64,000 bases of DNA from Thalia democratica (taxonomy: Eukaryota): positions 63,054,001 to 63,118,000 of the forward strand of contig OZ241827.1 in the NCBI GenBank assembly GCA_965202585.1, in the 5' to 3' direction. Positions 1-13,300 of this stretch are shown piece after piece. Numbering within the stretch: the first letter of the stretch is position 1; each line of letters opens with the position of its first letter. A program made the position numbers and the translations under genes. Below the pieces are notes generated by a model that had not been told where the DNA came from, did no database searches, and was given only the letters and a program-made list of their open reading frames with translations.

Positions 1-1172
1 TTACAATAATACTAAGTTATAAAAGTAGGTTTTATAGGACCTTAGAATATCTTACATTAATTTTATTGAAGAAAACTACATATTTTAAAACTTGTTTAGT
101 AAACTTTATTTTATATAAACTGAAATTATTTTTATTTTTTATGTTTTATTTTTGTAAAAATTATTTAAAGTTAAGATTTAAAGATACCTCAGGATTAGTT
201 AAAAAATCAAGGAATGCTGCACATTAAGTACAATGTTTATCGCAGCTTTACTGTTGTCATGTTCAATTTTGAATTTTGAGTAAATGTTATCACTCAGTAT
301 AGCTTGTTTCACTTTTTCATTTGCATGATAGATAAATATAATATTAAACAAGACTAATCTTTACGATTATGTTGGATTCTTTATTATAGTTATTTCTTTG
401 TGGATCGAAACCAGCAGTAGGACTAAACAAATTTCTTCTAGTTAAATACACTTATTTCTAATGATTAAGTTAGTTTTTTTTTTTTTTTATAAGTTCAGCT
501 TGTGATTTTGTGCTAATTAGATTAAACTGGTTAAAATAGAGTCAAAGACAAAACTAATATAAACAAGTTAGTTTTTTTTAACCAATAAACACAAGCCATA
601 AGTATGAATCTTTTGACAGGAGGTCTTGAAAAAATTAAAACTTTTTAAACGAGTCATCTTATAATCTTATTAAACTTAAAGCTTAGTGGATAAAAAAATT
701 TACTTTCAAAAAAAGCAATTTCACCTACTATTAAAATTCAAAAACAAAGTTTATCAAGTTAAAACTTGATCATTTAGAAATATATTTAATAAATTGAGAA
801 ATATAAAAAACATATAAATAAAACACAAAGTTTAACTATAGCAATATCTTAAAATGAGAAATAAAATAAAACTTTTTCATATTATAACTTATAAATTTAT
901 TTTACTTTAAATTTAGAATGTTTCACCGTGACTATAACTTCTGGAATATGAATGGAAATCATGAAGTTTAACAACTTAAGTCAAAAATTACAAAAATATT
1001 TTCATATGTGAATTTATTTAGTATCGTTTAACTTTAAAAGTTTTATTTTAAAAGAATGACAAGTTTAAAATTCATAACTAATGAGTGTGTTACTTAATTA
1101 AATACAAGATTATTAAACTATATATGATAAATTTTAGGTATACAGTTTTGTTTTAAATATAGTTTAACAAAG

Positions 1173-4084
1173 ATGCATATACTTGTGGAAAACATGTCTG
1201 AAGAAGATAAAACTTTCAAGCTTATTGTTGAACCAAATGATACAAATGCTACTGTAAAAGCTAAAATTCAAAACCAAGAAGGTAGGCTTTTATTTTTTTT
1301 TAATAAAGACAAAGACTTTAAAAGTATAAAATATTAACAATAAATGAGTAAATTTTAGTCTATTGTAACAATGTGATGTAGAATCTTAAACATTTGTTAA
1401 AGGCCAAGGTTTTAATAAAGTAAGTAATAAAACTTTAGATTTTTCATTGTTTGAGAAAAATTGTGTTCTGAAAGTTTTTGAAACATATTAAGATTGAATT
1501 TTAGTTACGTTTGGAAAACTTAATATGTGCTTAATTTATATTTAAAAGTTTTATAACGAAGAACATTTATAGTCTTATAATATTTATAATCTCGTTATTT
1601 ATAATAACGATTATTAAACGTATTAAGATAAGTTTTAAGTATAAACCTAGTTAAAATATTTTAAAATGATTCTTACTTCATTAATATAAAAACTTAAATC
1701 ATCCTTAAGCACACTTTTCTATGTCGACTAACTAAAATACTTAAGACTATATAACTATGGGCAAGATGATACCAAGTAAGTTTATTAAAGTTTAAATAAA
1801 TCTTTTAATGAAAACTTTCCAAATAAAAATACCAGGTATTACTTTTGACCAATAGCGGTTGATATTCAACGGAAAACGATTGGAAGACGGAAAAAATTTA
1901 TTTGACTACAACATCCAGAATAAGTCAATCCTTCAACTAGTACTTAAAATAAATATTATTGTGCGTAAAAGTTGCGGTGATGCTTTTGAATTGGAAGTTT
2001 GCCCGACAGACACAATTACAGTTGTTAAAGCGAGAATTCAAAATAAAAAAGGTAAACAAGTAAACTTTTTAAAACATATAAATGAGTATGAATAAGTGTT
2101 GTCAAGTAAAAAACTTATTATAAAAATGATTGATAATAATTATTTATTTGGATTAAACTTAACAGTTGATTAATTTGTTTAAACTTTAGTAACTTAATCA
2201 TAAGTTTTAATTACTTTAGTAAATCTACAAATTTTTGTGTTTCTGAAAAAGTTAAAAAAAGGGATATTTAAAAATTTTATTGATATTAATGAAAACTGTT
2301 TAAAAAATATGGATTAAAGTTCACACGAAGAGATTTTTCAATTTAAGTTGAATTTTATATAATTATGCGTTATCAAAATATAAGTTCTATCTAGTTTATC
2401 TAAGTAGATATTTCAAAAAATTGACCATCTACAACATCTAGATAATAAAAAAAAAAATTTTAGGAATATCTTTTAACCACCAACGCTTGCTTATTGACGA
2501 AAAAGAACTAGAAGATGGAAAGACCTTGATTGAATATAGCATACAAGAAAAATCAACTGTTAATTTGATATGTAAAATACAGATATTTTTTAGAGGTTTA
2601 AAATGTGGAATTTTAAGCTTAGATTTCTTTCACACAGATACCATAGAACATGTCAAAACCAAAATTGAATCAAAAACAGGTATTTAATATTGTGAACTAA
2701 CAATAATATAATTTCTATTGTGGTATTAGAAACATAATTATTCACGAAAAAGTTTTACAATAAAAAACAATCTTTTAATCGTTATATACAATATCTTGAG
2801 TTCAACTAATAAGATACCAAGTAAACGTTACTTTATAACATTGAAATATGAATTTACCCGAACGAATTCTAAAAATACTTCATATCATCATAATAAATGA
2901 ATTAAAATAACTGAAATAAGGAAAACTAAACATTTTCTTACTGATTTGATTGAGAAATACCTATTTATAAAATATTACATATAGTTTAACCTATTAGCAG
3001 TTTATTATTTTAAACCTAGTATCTTTCTAACATCTTTACTATTTATCCTTAAGTTTTTAATTTATAAAAAATAAAACGTGATATATAACAAGAATTGAAC
3101 CATAAAATAAAACAACTAGTTAATTAAAAAGCTTACTAAGAAATACGGTTTTATGTTGTTATTTTGATTTCGAAGTCAATTTAGATGCTGAATTAGTCTT
3201 TATAGTTTCATATGCTAAATTAAAAAGTACCATACATTTAAAGCTATAATTAAAAGGCCAATACAACTATAGTTAAAAGCTATAAAATCAGCAAACTGTA
3301 TTTTCAAGTTAACGTACATTGTAATAAAACACAGTTAGCTGTAGTGAAAACGTATAATGTTTTTGTAATTATTTTCATTTTTTTTAAAACAAGACATACA
3401 TACTCGTAAGTACAAGGTATAATGTTTTTGCTGTTAGTACCGTTATTTTATAAAATGCATATTAATGTTAGAAGAAGGTATGTGGTATATACATGACTAA
3501 ACTAGTTCCAATATTCTTGTTGAGATTTCAGATTATACAAAAAGTTTAACTAAATAGTTTTTTCTGTAATATTAACTACGTATGTGTCTTACTAAAGTAT
3601 AAATTAATTATTTTCTTGTCCATACACTATATTTACTAAATAAGTAAGTATACATTATGGACTATGTTTACAGGTGTAAAGAAAAGTTATGTTTACAACT
3701 TACTAAGTTTGTTTAAATTAAAGTATTATATTAAAGAAATTGGTTTCAAAGTTAAACTTTGTATATTAATCTTTTTAAAAGGTGTACATTGAAATGTTTA
3801 GACATTATATACTGTTTTAAAATTAAGTTCTAAAGAATGTTCAAAACAAAGCACAAAAGTGTTTAATGCAAAAGTAAAAGAGAGATTCTAAATAAACTAG
3901 AATTCAACCAAACAATTTACATTTAGTTTTTCTATTTCAAATGCCAAATATTTTTATTTTAGGTCTTCTAGTAGACGAGCAACTTATATTTTTTGGAAAA
4001 ATACAATTGGAAGATGGTATGACTTTGGCCGACTGCAACATACAGAATCAATCTACTCTTCATGTGTTTGTAAGACTTATGTGA
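1173..4084 (+). pseudogene. Four-exon gene for three tandem ubiquitin-like domains, disrupted by in-frame stops
   Basis: Exons 1173-1281, 1836-2051, 2464-2679 and 3963-4084 are joined by GT-AG introns, all phase 1 and all in the codon equivalent to ubiquitin Gly35. Spliced translation: [225 protein letters not shown]. Each repeat aligns by eye to ubiquitin. TAG at 1853-1855 sits where ubiquitin has Gln41, and TGA at 4082-4084 comes just before CGG. Confidence 0.8.
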
Positions 4085-4877
4085 TGTGGTGGAATGCAGT
4101 TTTAGTTTTTGTATTTCATTCAGATGTGTGCAATTACAGTCATCAATTAGACAAAAAAATGTTTACTAATAAAAATGTTTATACGTGGTGTTTTATGATA
4201 AGATATTTATTGTTTGTCTTGTATAAAAGTTTGTTGCGAAAAGTAATGATTATTTGTATTTTTAATGTATTTTGTTTTTATGTGTAATGTTCTAAGTTAG
4301 CGAGTTGTTTTTGGTTTGTTTATCGTACTAAATAAATTTTTTTGTTATTTTTTGTATTATTGTGTTTAAATGTAAAAGGCTTTTAATGGATAAACAGCTG
4401 AAAATATTAAGTTATAACAAATTGGTGACTTATTATTAACTAAGTACATACAGTATCTATTCTAATTTTTTTATAGTTCTTTTTTTATATTAATATCACC
4501 TATCCTCTTTTCCTAATAATTTATATAATGATATATTTTTCCTAAATTTCGTATACAGAAAAAGTTTTTCGGCGATTTTACTGATTTTCGCTCGAAAGAA
4601 AACATTTATACAAATGTTTAAAACCTTAGATTCTAATATTAAACGCTATGTTTTCTTCATTAAAAAAAACAAAGTTTATTTGAAATTGCCCTTTAAATTA
4701 AACGTTTGTTTAGTTCTATCGAACTTATAGTTTAAGATTTTATTGTTAAGTAATATAATTAAATACTGCTAAAATTAATGACTATTAACACTGCTTAAGT
4801 TCAAAATTAAAAAACATATGTTTGTAAAACTCTACTAAACTTATTACAAGAATTTTCTCTGTTTTAAGATTTTTCAG

Positions 4878-4940
4878 CGGTCTCAGTAAATCAAGCAAAA
4901 CATCAGATTGCCCAAATAGGTACGCTACGCTCCTTAGCAG
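4878..4940 (+). other. Isolated exon candidate (63 nt)
   Basis: Strong splice signals (ttttcag| ... |gtaagt) around a locally GC-richer stretch that is open in two frames (VSVNQAKHQIAQIGTLRSLA or GLSKSSKTSDCPNRYATLLS). No partner exons could be securely linked. Confidence 0.25.
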
Positions 4941-7900
4941 GTAAGTAAATACGTAAGTTAATACAAAATCTAAAAAGTAAGTCTAGTATGAATAAATTAT
5001 CTAAGTTAATTACATTATTATTAATTCATAGAAGTTATTAAAAAGTTTTATTTGTAACTTTTTGCTGAGTGCAACTTTTTTTATTAGTCTTTTACATTTT
5101 TAAGTATTTGTTTATAAGCATTGAATTAACATTGAGTTTGTTTTATTTATTTTGATATATAGTTAAAAATGTAGTTAAGCGCTACTATTAAAATTAAATG
5201 TACTATTGTATTAACAAGAAAAAAGTTTAAACAAACTATTAAATCAACAAACTAAATATTTAAAAACACTTATTAAAATTAATTTATAACAGTGATAATT
5301 ACTTAATTTTATTAATAAGTTGTTTAATTAAAATTTTCACAGATATAAAGGATTATAGGTTGTTGTTTTGCATAATTTTCAGTAATAATAGCATTATTTT
5401 ATTGTTTGTATAATACTTTTTTCAAGTTATAAAGCACGTTCGATCAAAAATGTACGCAACTTATTTTTTCCACACAAAAATAAGAAACATTTAATAAAGC
5501 TTTGTAAAGAATTGTAATGAAGAGTTCTTGAAACTTAAATGATTAAGAGTAAACTTTATCAGGTGTAACAGCTTGTTTTATATTATCAAGAACTTAAAAT
5601 ACGCTTTTTGATAAAAGTAAAACAATTGCTACACTAAACCAACTTTTGTGACGCAATGATAAGAATGATAAATTGTGCGTAATGCTTTTATATTAAAAAG
5701 TTCAACTATATTTTGTCATTTTCTTTAAGATAGAATAACCAATGTAGAATCTTAAAAACGTGTTTGGCTTGAAACACTTTCAATAACCTTTATACCTAAA
5801 CAGTATTCCATAATGTATTCGTTTAATATGGAATTTAATTTGTAGCGCGCGGTCATAAAGTTTAGTATACAAAGTAAAAATTTAAGTTATCTATTTGAAA
5901 TATAAATTTAATAATGATATTGGTAGTATAACTATAAATATATTTAATATTTAAAATTCTTGGTCATTTTTACAGTACGAGTCAACATTTTTAAGTATTA
6001 CAATACTTATAAAGATAATTTGTTTTCTTTGGATTTCGTTGATTTTTATTATGAACTAGTAAAAAATTAATTTCATAGAATTATATGATAGTTCAAAAAT
6101 ATTCATCTTCGCTAAATGTTTAAACTATCTAGTTGTTTTAAAAACAATTTGAACACTATGAAAGGTCAAAAGTTATAGTTTTATTTTTACAACATGCATT
6201 AAAGTATTAAAGTTTTAAGCCGGTATACGAACAAAAACCTTTTTTTTTAACTAGTAATAAAACATGTCAATTACAATATTTTTGTTATTTACTTAAAACA
6301 TTTTTGTGCTAAAATATTTTTTTCTGTAGAAATACTTTTAAACCTTTTTAAGATACAAAAAGAAAGTAAGTATTCAGATAATTTCACTTTATTTAGGCTT
6401 GGTTTTGAATTAGTTATTATTTAAAGGCTATAAAATACTTGAAGTTATTATAAAACTATAACTATTAAAGTTATTATGAAGATCGTTAAAATATAGCAGC
6501 CAAAACAAGTTAATTAAAAAAAATGACACCTCTGTGTTTTTGTGACGTAATAATGATGAAAGTAGCTAGAAAAGCAAATAAGTTTTACATAAAACTATTT
6601 TGTTTTCATCAATAATTACTCTCAGTTTTTTGAAAATTAAATTGATATTTTGAAGTCAGCAAGCTGGCTATAAAATCGTTTATAATACGTTAATAGTTTA
6701 TAAATTTTTAACTTTTGTATTTTGAATAATTGAAAAATGGAAACATAAATTAAAAGTGATTTACACGTATTTCAAGAACAAATAATAGGTAATTAAAAAT
6801 ACAATATAAGTTTCAAATATTTTTAAAAAAAAAGTTATGTAAGGAAAAATATCAACACATGATATACATATAAAACAAAATATTATACTTTTTTAAAAAA
6901 GCATTAGATTTTTAAAATACTGTTTAATACTTATCTTAGTATCTTTAAATAATGAGAACATTTTATGCTTACAAAAAAATTTTTTTTTTTGTTAAGTACT
7001 AATAAGTTTTTCAATCCTAAAATAGAATAAACGTTAATTTAAGTAATATTTTTTTTTAATATTTGTGAACACTTTCTTAATAAATTTATTTAGTAAGTCA
7101 TTATAAAAATGTATCCATTTTATAGTTTAGCTCGAAATATACAATAACTTACACAAACTATTTATGTAGTAGTTTATAAAGTATAACTATTAGTGTTTGC
7201 TAAATGAATTTAAGCCAAGCTTATTTTTAAAATATAAACATTTTTTATATAGAACATGCTTTAAATATACAATATATCATTTTAAGTAATATAAAACTGA
7301 ACTTTATAAATGATTAAATTACAAGTAAAGTTTGTAAGAGCTTAACATATTTTTTAATAATTAAACTATAAAATGAAATTAAGATTTTAACTAACGTTTT
7401 TTTTTTTAAATTGCATTTACTTTTTTATTATTCTTTAATCAATAACAACAAATGATATTAAAACTAAATTGTTAAAATTGACAGTTTTATAATAAATTTT
7501 GAATTTAAATTATTAGTGAACATCAAAACTTTAAATATAAAACATTCCTAGCTTTTGTCCGAAACAATTTCTGCAATGTTTAATAAAAAACAGTTCAATT
7601 GTTTAAGTTTGACCGCTTTTTAATTAAATTGTATGTTTATTTTTTACTCTCTGAAACATATTTGAAACATTTATTTTAGTTTTTTCAGGTTTTAATAACT
7701 TTATATTATGCGTGACTTACCAATAATAGCAAAAATTTAATGAATTCTTACTATAAAAAATGTTAAAAAAAGTTAAAAATACCTAAATACTTAAATCATT
7801 AAGTCAATGAACTTTTGTTTATAACAGTTTGCTATGTTAAAAGAGTTTCAGAGTTCATAGTAAAACCAAACAATTGTCTAATAAGACTGAATTTTTATTT

Positions 7901-8329
7901 TATTGATCAATCACTTTTGAATAAATAAACTTTGCAGTTGTTAACACAGTTAATGTACATACAGAATTTTACACAATTTGCAACAACTACTTATTTAAAA
8001 AATGGCAGATGTTTTCGTCTTTTAATTAAAAAACAAATGTAAGCTTAATTTAGAGTTAAGAAAATTACGTATTGTTAACCCATACTATAATGAGGACGTA
8101 AAAAAGAACAAAGTTAAAAAGAAAACTCGGCTAAATATTAACTGATATTAAAAGAAAGTTGTTTCTCTGAAACATAATTCAGAGCTAAGTATTTTTCTAT
8201 GTTTTTAAATAATGTAGTGGTTTAATATATGAAATAGATTGTTAATTTTAATCTGTTAAGTTTTATAAAGTTTATTTTTCATAATTTTGCTTAGTTATTA
8301 GCTGCCATTTTTCTATTTTTTTTAAATAT

Positions 8330-8852
8330 TTTAAAAATTTTATATGAGCATAAACTTAGCTTGACAGCGGTTTTTAGAAATTTTTGAAAAATTCCAAACT
8401 TTAGACCCAATTATTTTCTTACCTTATTAGCTAGTTTAAAACCTTTCTTTTTTATTCTAGAGAACGGTCCTTGTCTTTAATTTATAAAAAATCCATTAGA
8501 TTGAATTTTGACTTTTTGAGTGGTTCCCCTTTAAAAATTTTGAGTTTGTTAAATTTGTTTTTTAGACAAGCTTTTCTCCAAAAATAATATTATTTTCAAT
8601 TTTTTTTTATACCATAAACCTGAATAAATTTTTCAGACAAAATCTAACTTTGCACGATTTTTTAAGATATACAGCTTTTTATGCAAAAATGAAATACTTT
8701 TTATTTTTACAGACTTGTATAGTTATGTTTTATGATGTTGTGATGTTTTTTTTTTTCTAAGTTTATTATTGATTTTAAAGTTTATGACCCATACAAGTTT
8801 TACCAAAATTCTTAGCAACGCAATTTGAGGGAAATCTTGCTCAAATGCTAGC
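8330..8852. repeat. Single arm plus spacer of the foldback element family also found at 24503-25660
   Basis: Shares colinear blocks with the arms at 24.5-25.7 kb (for example aacttagcttga, ttccaaact..agacccaatt, ttgcacgat, agacttgtatagttatgttttatgatgttg, catacaagttttacc). Its end matches the reverse complement of that element's central spacer (gagcaaga..ccct.aaat). Confidence 0.65.
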
Positions 8853-11800
8853 AGTTTATTAGCGCCCTTAGAATTCATAGTCTTTAATTTAAAATCATTG
8901 TTTCCTTACAAATATTTTAAGATAACTTAAGTAAGATACTTAGTTTATAAAAATAAATGAAAATGTATGCATTTTTGAGTTTCGTATACGCATAATTAAC
9001 ACAATAAATATTTATACGAGTCGAGTACAGACGTAATCATAAAATTTATTTAGTATATGCTTGAAACTATCAAAAAAATGCTATCGTATTGTATCTGTTG
9101 TTTTTAATTTAAAGTTAGAAATGTTCCACACAAATGTTTATTGACAAATCAACGTTTTAAAGAACATTAAGAACTCAAAAAAAATTTTTTTGAAAATTAA
9201 AATATAAAAAAGTTTGTTATTTCTTTCAATAATTAGTAAATAGCTTAGACCAAAATAACCATCTGAAATAAAAATTTAATGTTTACTTTGCAAAAAGTAT
9301 AAAAGTAGATTGCATTAGTTTTAATTTGCGTATATTTAAAAATAGCTAAAAATCAATAATTATAAAAAAATTGTATTTTATAAAACGGTTTATTTTTGTA
9401 AGTTTTTGTATTTTTGTTTTTTTTATAAGAACATAAACTGCAAAAAGTTATTACTAATTTTATACGTTTTGTTACTTTTATTGACATAAATATTAAAATA
9501 TTTATATGAAACTTTAAGGTTTAGCTATTTACCATTTTAATCTAACTGAATTTAAAATTGAACTATTCGTTGCATTATATTGTAGATGGTTAATAGATAC
9601 ATTTATTTTAACCACCTTAGCTATAAGATGTGTTTTATTTTTCTTTTTCGTTTAATTAAAAAACAAAGTTTAGAAATGTATAGTTATGATTATATACTTT
9701 CATAAAAACTTATATTATTATGCAAAAATACAACTTAAGTATCTATGCCATTTTTATTTGATTTAGGATTTTTTGTTAGTTTTTAAAAAGGTATTAAGTT
9801 TTTTTTATAGTTTTCATAAAATTTCAAAAGACAAACATTATAATAGGAAAAACAACCTTAAAATAAATGCACAATTGATTAATAAAAATATTTCGAGTGA
9901 AGTATTTGCACTACACTAGTCTTGGGACGTAACAACTAAAAATATTTTATAAGCAATGAAAAACTTTGCACATAGAAGTATAGCTTTTTTTGTAGTGTTG
10001 CATCATATTGTTTGAGTATTTTGTTTATTTAAATTCAGTTAACTAGCTCTAAATAGTTTAAATATTTTTAAACTTATTTCTTATTTTATTTAACTATTTT
10101 ATGATTATATACTTTACTAAATTATATTTTAATAGGAAAAGCAAAATGTTTAAAAAAATTTAACAAACTGATGATGTAGTAAAAACTTTAAAACTTAGTT
10201 GTGTTTAAAATAGATTAATTTAACCATTGTATGTCAATAAAAAAGAAACTTTTTACAGTACTATTTTTGGAAAACTGGAAAGAAGTTTTACAAAATAGGT
10301 TCATTTTAAATAATGGTTACTAACTTTGTTATTTTACATTTTCTAAATTATACTGAAACTTAATATTAATTAAAGCTCATCAAAAAATATTTCATTTTTA
10401 ACGTAGGGTTTAACTTTTCAAGCTTAGTTTTTGTAAAAGTGACTTATAAGTTAACTTTAGCATATTAATAAGAATTATAAGTATTGATACTTATTAAAAT
10501 TTGTATTTTGACTTGTTTATCACTTTAAAATGTTTTGTAGAATTTTTCATTGTAGAACTTATTTACGTCAAACTTTAAACTCTTTATGCTGGTAAAAAAT
10601 AATAATGCAGACAATTTTTCCATGCTTAATTCATAAAATATAATTTAAACTTTTTTTGTAACTCTTTGACTTAAATTTTTATAGATTTTTTTATGAAAAT
10701 AAGACAAAACAAATAGCTTAATTCAAACTTCAGCAGCTTTGAGACGTAAAAATTTTTAAATGTTAAAATCAGCAAAAACTTTTGCTCGAGGTTGATATTG
10801 CTTTTCTTTATATATTGATAATATTTACTTTATCTAAGTTTTTTTATGTAAACTGTCTGGATAAGTTATTTTGAAATATACATAAAATATTACAATTTAA
10901 GTATATAAATTCTTCTGAAATGTTTTATTTTAGATGATTATATAATACATTTATAAAAATTAAAGTTTTACGACAGCTTAAAATAATTGTAAAAACAATG
11001 AGTAAGTCACTACAATACAGTAAATTTTATATTAGTAGAAAGTGCACAAACTTTTCATTATTTTTTTTAAACAAATTTCAGAAAAAAAAAAACTAATTTA
11101 AACATGCAAAGGATTTTTTAATACTCAATAATATTAATTATAGTACATTTCGACACCAAGTATGTTGCATGTATGTACTTAAAGACGTAAAAGCTTCCTT
11201 CTAAAATATTATACTGTTAAACAGGATATAGTGGCGCATTTGAAGTTTTTAACAGCTTTAGTAATTTAATATATAGTTATTTACAATAATATACTACTTA
11301 AGTTAAACAGCAGAGTGATCTTATCAAAAATTATGATGCATTATAGTATAAACAATGCCAAAAACATATAAGAAAAACTTTGTGACTGATACTTTGTAGG
11401 TAATTATTGTTTAACGGTTATTTTAAAGAAATAACTCTAGCTTTCTCTCAATTATACAAAAATAATAAAATAAACTTAGCGAAATTATCTGTATTGAAAG
11501 CAAGTGACTGCAGTTTACAAAACTATTGCTTATAAATTTTCACATTCTATAAGTACAAACTATGAAACTTAAAAATTGTTTGGTTTTTTGACAACGTTTT
11601 ATTTAAGCATCACTAAATTGATTTCTAGTTCGTATGTATGTTTTAATAATTTGTCGCACTTAGTTTAAAACTAAATTATAACATAACTTTGAACAGATAA
11701 ATAGAAATATCTTAAATCTAACAACTTTAACGTTTTTAGACAAAAAAAAAATTAACAACATTTCAAGTGTTCTAGTTTAAGCAAACTGTATTATATTTAA

Positions 11801-12789
11801 CTAAAACTATAATAAACTATTTTTTTAATCACAAAAGCATTTTTAACTTTAAGTTATTTAGTTAAATTTTTTATTTCACTTTATTCTATTTTGAGCGTAG
11901 TTTATTGGTATACGACACTTAAGAAACTAAGAAAGCATGTTCAAATTAATTATTTGCAGAGTATAACATATCTCTTGCCTAGATTATTAACAAGTTAATG
12001 CTTTTAAAGCTATCGTTGTTTATACTTTAATGTTTCCTTAGATTTAAAAATTTTAAATGTTACTTAAACAATTAACAAGTTTAGTATTACTTTTGAAGTT
12101 TTTTTTTAAATTCATACAATTAATAAATAAAATAAAAATATAATTTAATTACTTTATGACAACTTTGTGTTTTTTAAACTTTCATTGTCTTTAAGCTTAA
12201 AAGTAGTTAGTGCAGTGTTTGCTTGTAGTACTGTATTTAATAAAAAAGTGTATTATTTAAAATTTACTTAAGTTTGTTTTTAAAGTCTTAATTTGAGACA
12301 AAAAAAAAGTATAAAATGATGTAAAATAACTTCTAAAAATGCAATTAACGTACAAAATACTTACACACAAAACTCTTGTCGCGCCACGGTAGTTAAGTGA
12401 CGTAAGAATAGAAAAGATTAGATAAAAATCAAAAGTTTTACATCAAATTAGTTTTGTAAACTATACAGAAATTGGTTGTAAAAGTAAAAATTTGTACGTT
12501 TCAATTTAAAGTCAGTTAACTGGCTAAGTATTGTTTTTTTCTTGATCTTATAATTATTTTGCTTCCATATAAAGCCTGTTAAACCTTATGGCGTTGTTTT
12601 TTTTTATGTAAATAAATATTTTAAAGACTTTAGAAAAAAAAACTCTTGTCCACTTGTAGCCTTAATTTTATTATAATGTAGATTTACTAAAACAAACTAA
12701 GCATTTCATACATTATTTTTATTCCTATTTAGTAATTAAAATAAATATACTTGTTATACTAGTTACCAAAAGTGAACATAAAGTGTTTT

Positions 12790-13300
12790 TTAAAACAATA
12801 ATAATTACTAGCATAATAACTTTAGAAACATAAACTAATAAAATATATTCATTTGCCTTAGATAAGTACTCTGAAACCGATTAAAATTTGTATTTTGAAA
12901 CCATTTATTTAGGAAGTTGTTCATTAGTATTTCGAAAAAGATCTGTATTTGAAAAACACGATGTGAAAAAATTACTCGCAAACATCACTAAGAAAGTTTC
13001 TGAAAATATCAAAACTAAAAGCTTATGTTCTAAACTAATTGATTCGAATGTCATATATAAATATACCTGGTTTGTAGACCAAAGCATCTCCTGTATTAGG
13101 GAGACATCGCTTTAAGTTTTTAGACGAGCTGCTGACCACAATGAAAAGAACAAACGCTGTGCTTTCTTTGAACATTTGCACTATTGTAGACAGGGTTAAA
13201 ACTCCAATATAAAAAAAGCCATTTATTAAGTCCTTAAAATGTGTGCCCGAAAGCTTTATAGTTTGCAATGTTGTAGAAATGAAAAGATAGCACTACTAAC
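12790..13300 (+). mobile_element. Degenerate Penelope-like retroelement 3' fragment (linker plus GIY-YIG endonuclease)
   Basis: Translation ...YLGSCSLVFRKR...KTKSLCSKLIDSNVIYKYTWFVDQSISCIRETSL*VFRRAADHNEKNKRCAFFEHLHYC follows the PLE pattern PYxG..., SNVVYKFTC...YIGxTxRxLxxRxxEH...SAxxxHxxxC. It contains stops. The match was recognised by eye only. Confidence 0.6.

Noticed and set aside
180-430. GC-richer stretch with a short open frame on the minus strand (ANEKVKQAILSDNIYSKFKIEHDN...)
   Set aside because: No convincing splice sites or recognisable family.
4081-4287. Track ORF MMWWNAVL...
   Set aside because: Out-of-frame run-on from the last UBL exon into AT-rich 3' sequence.
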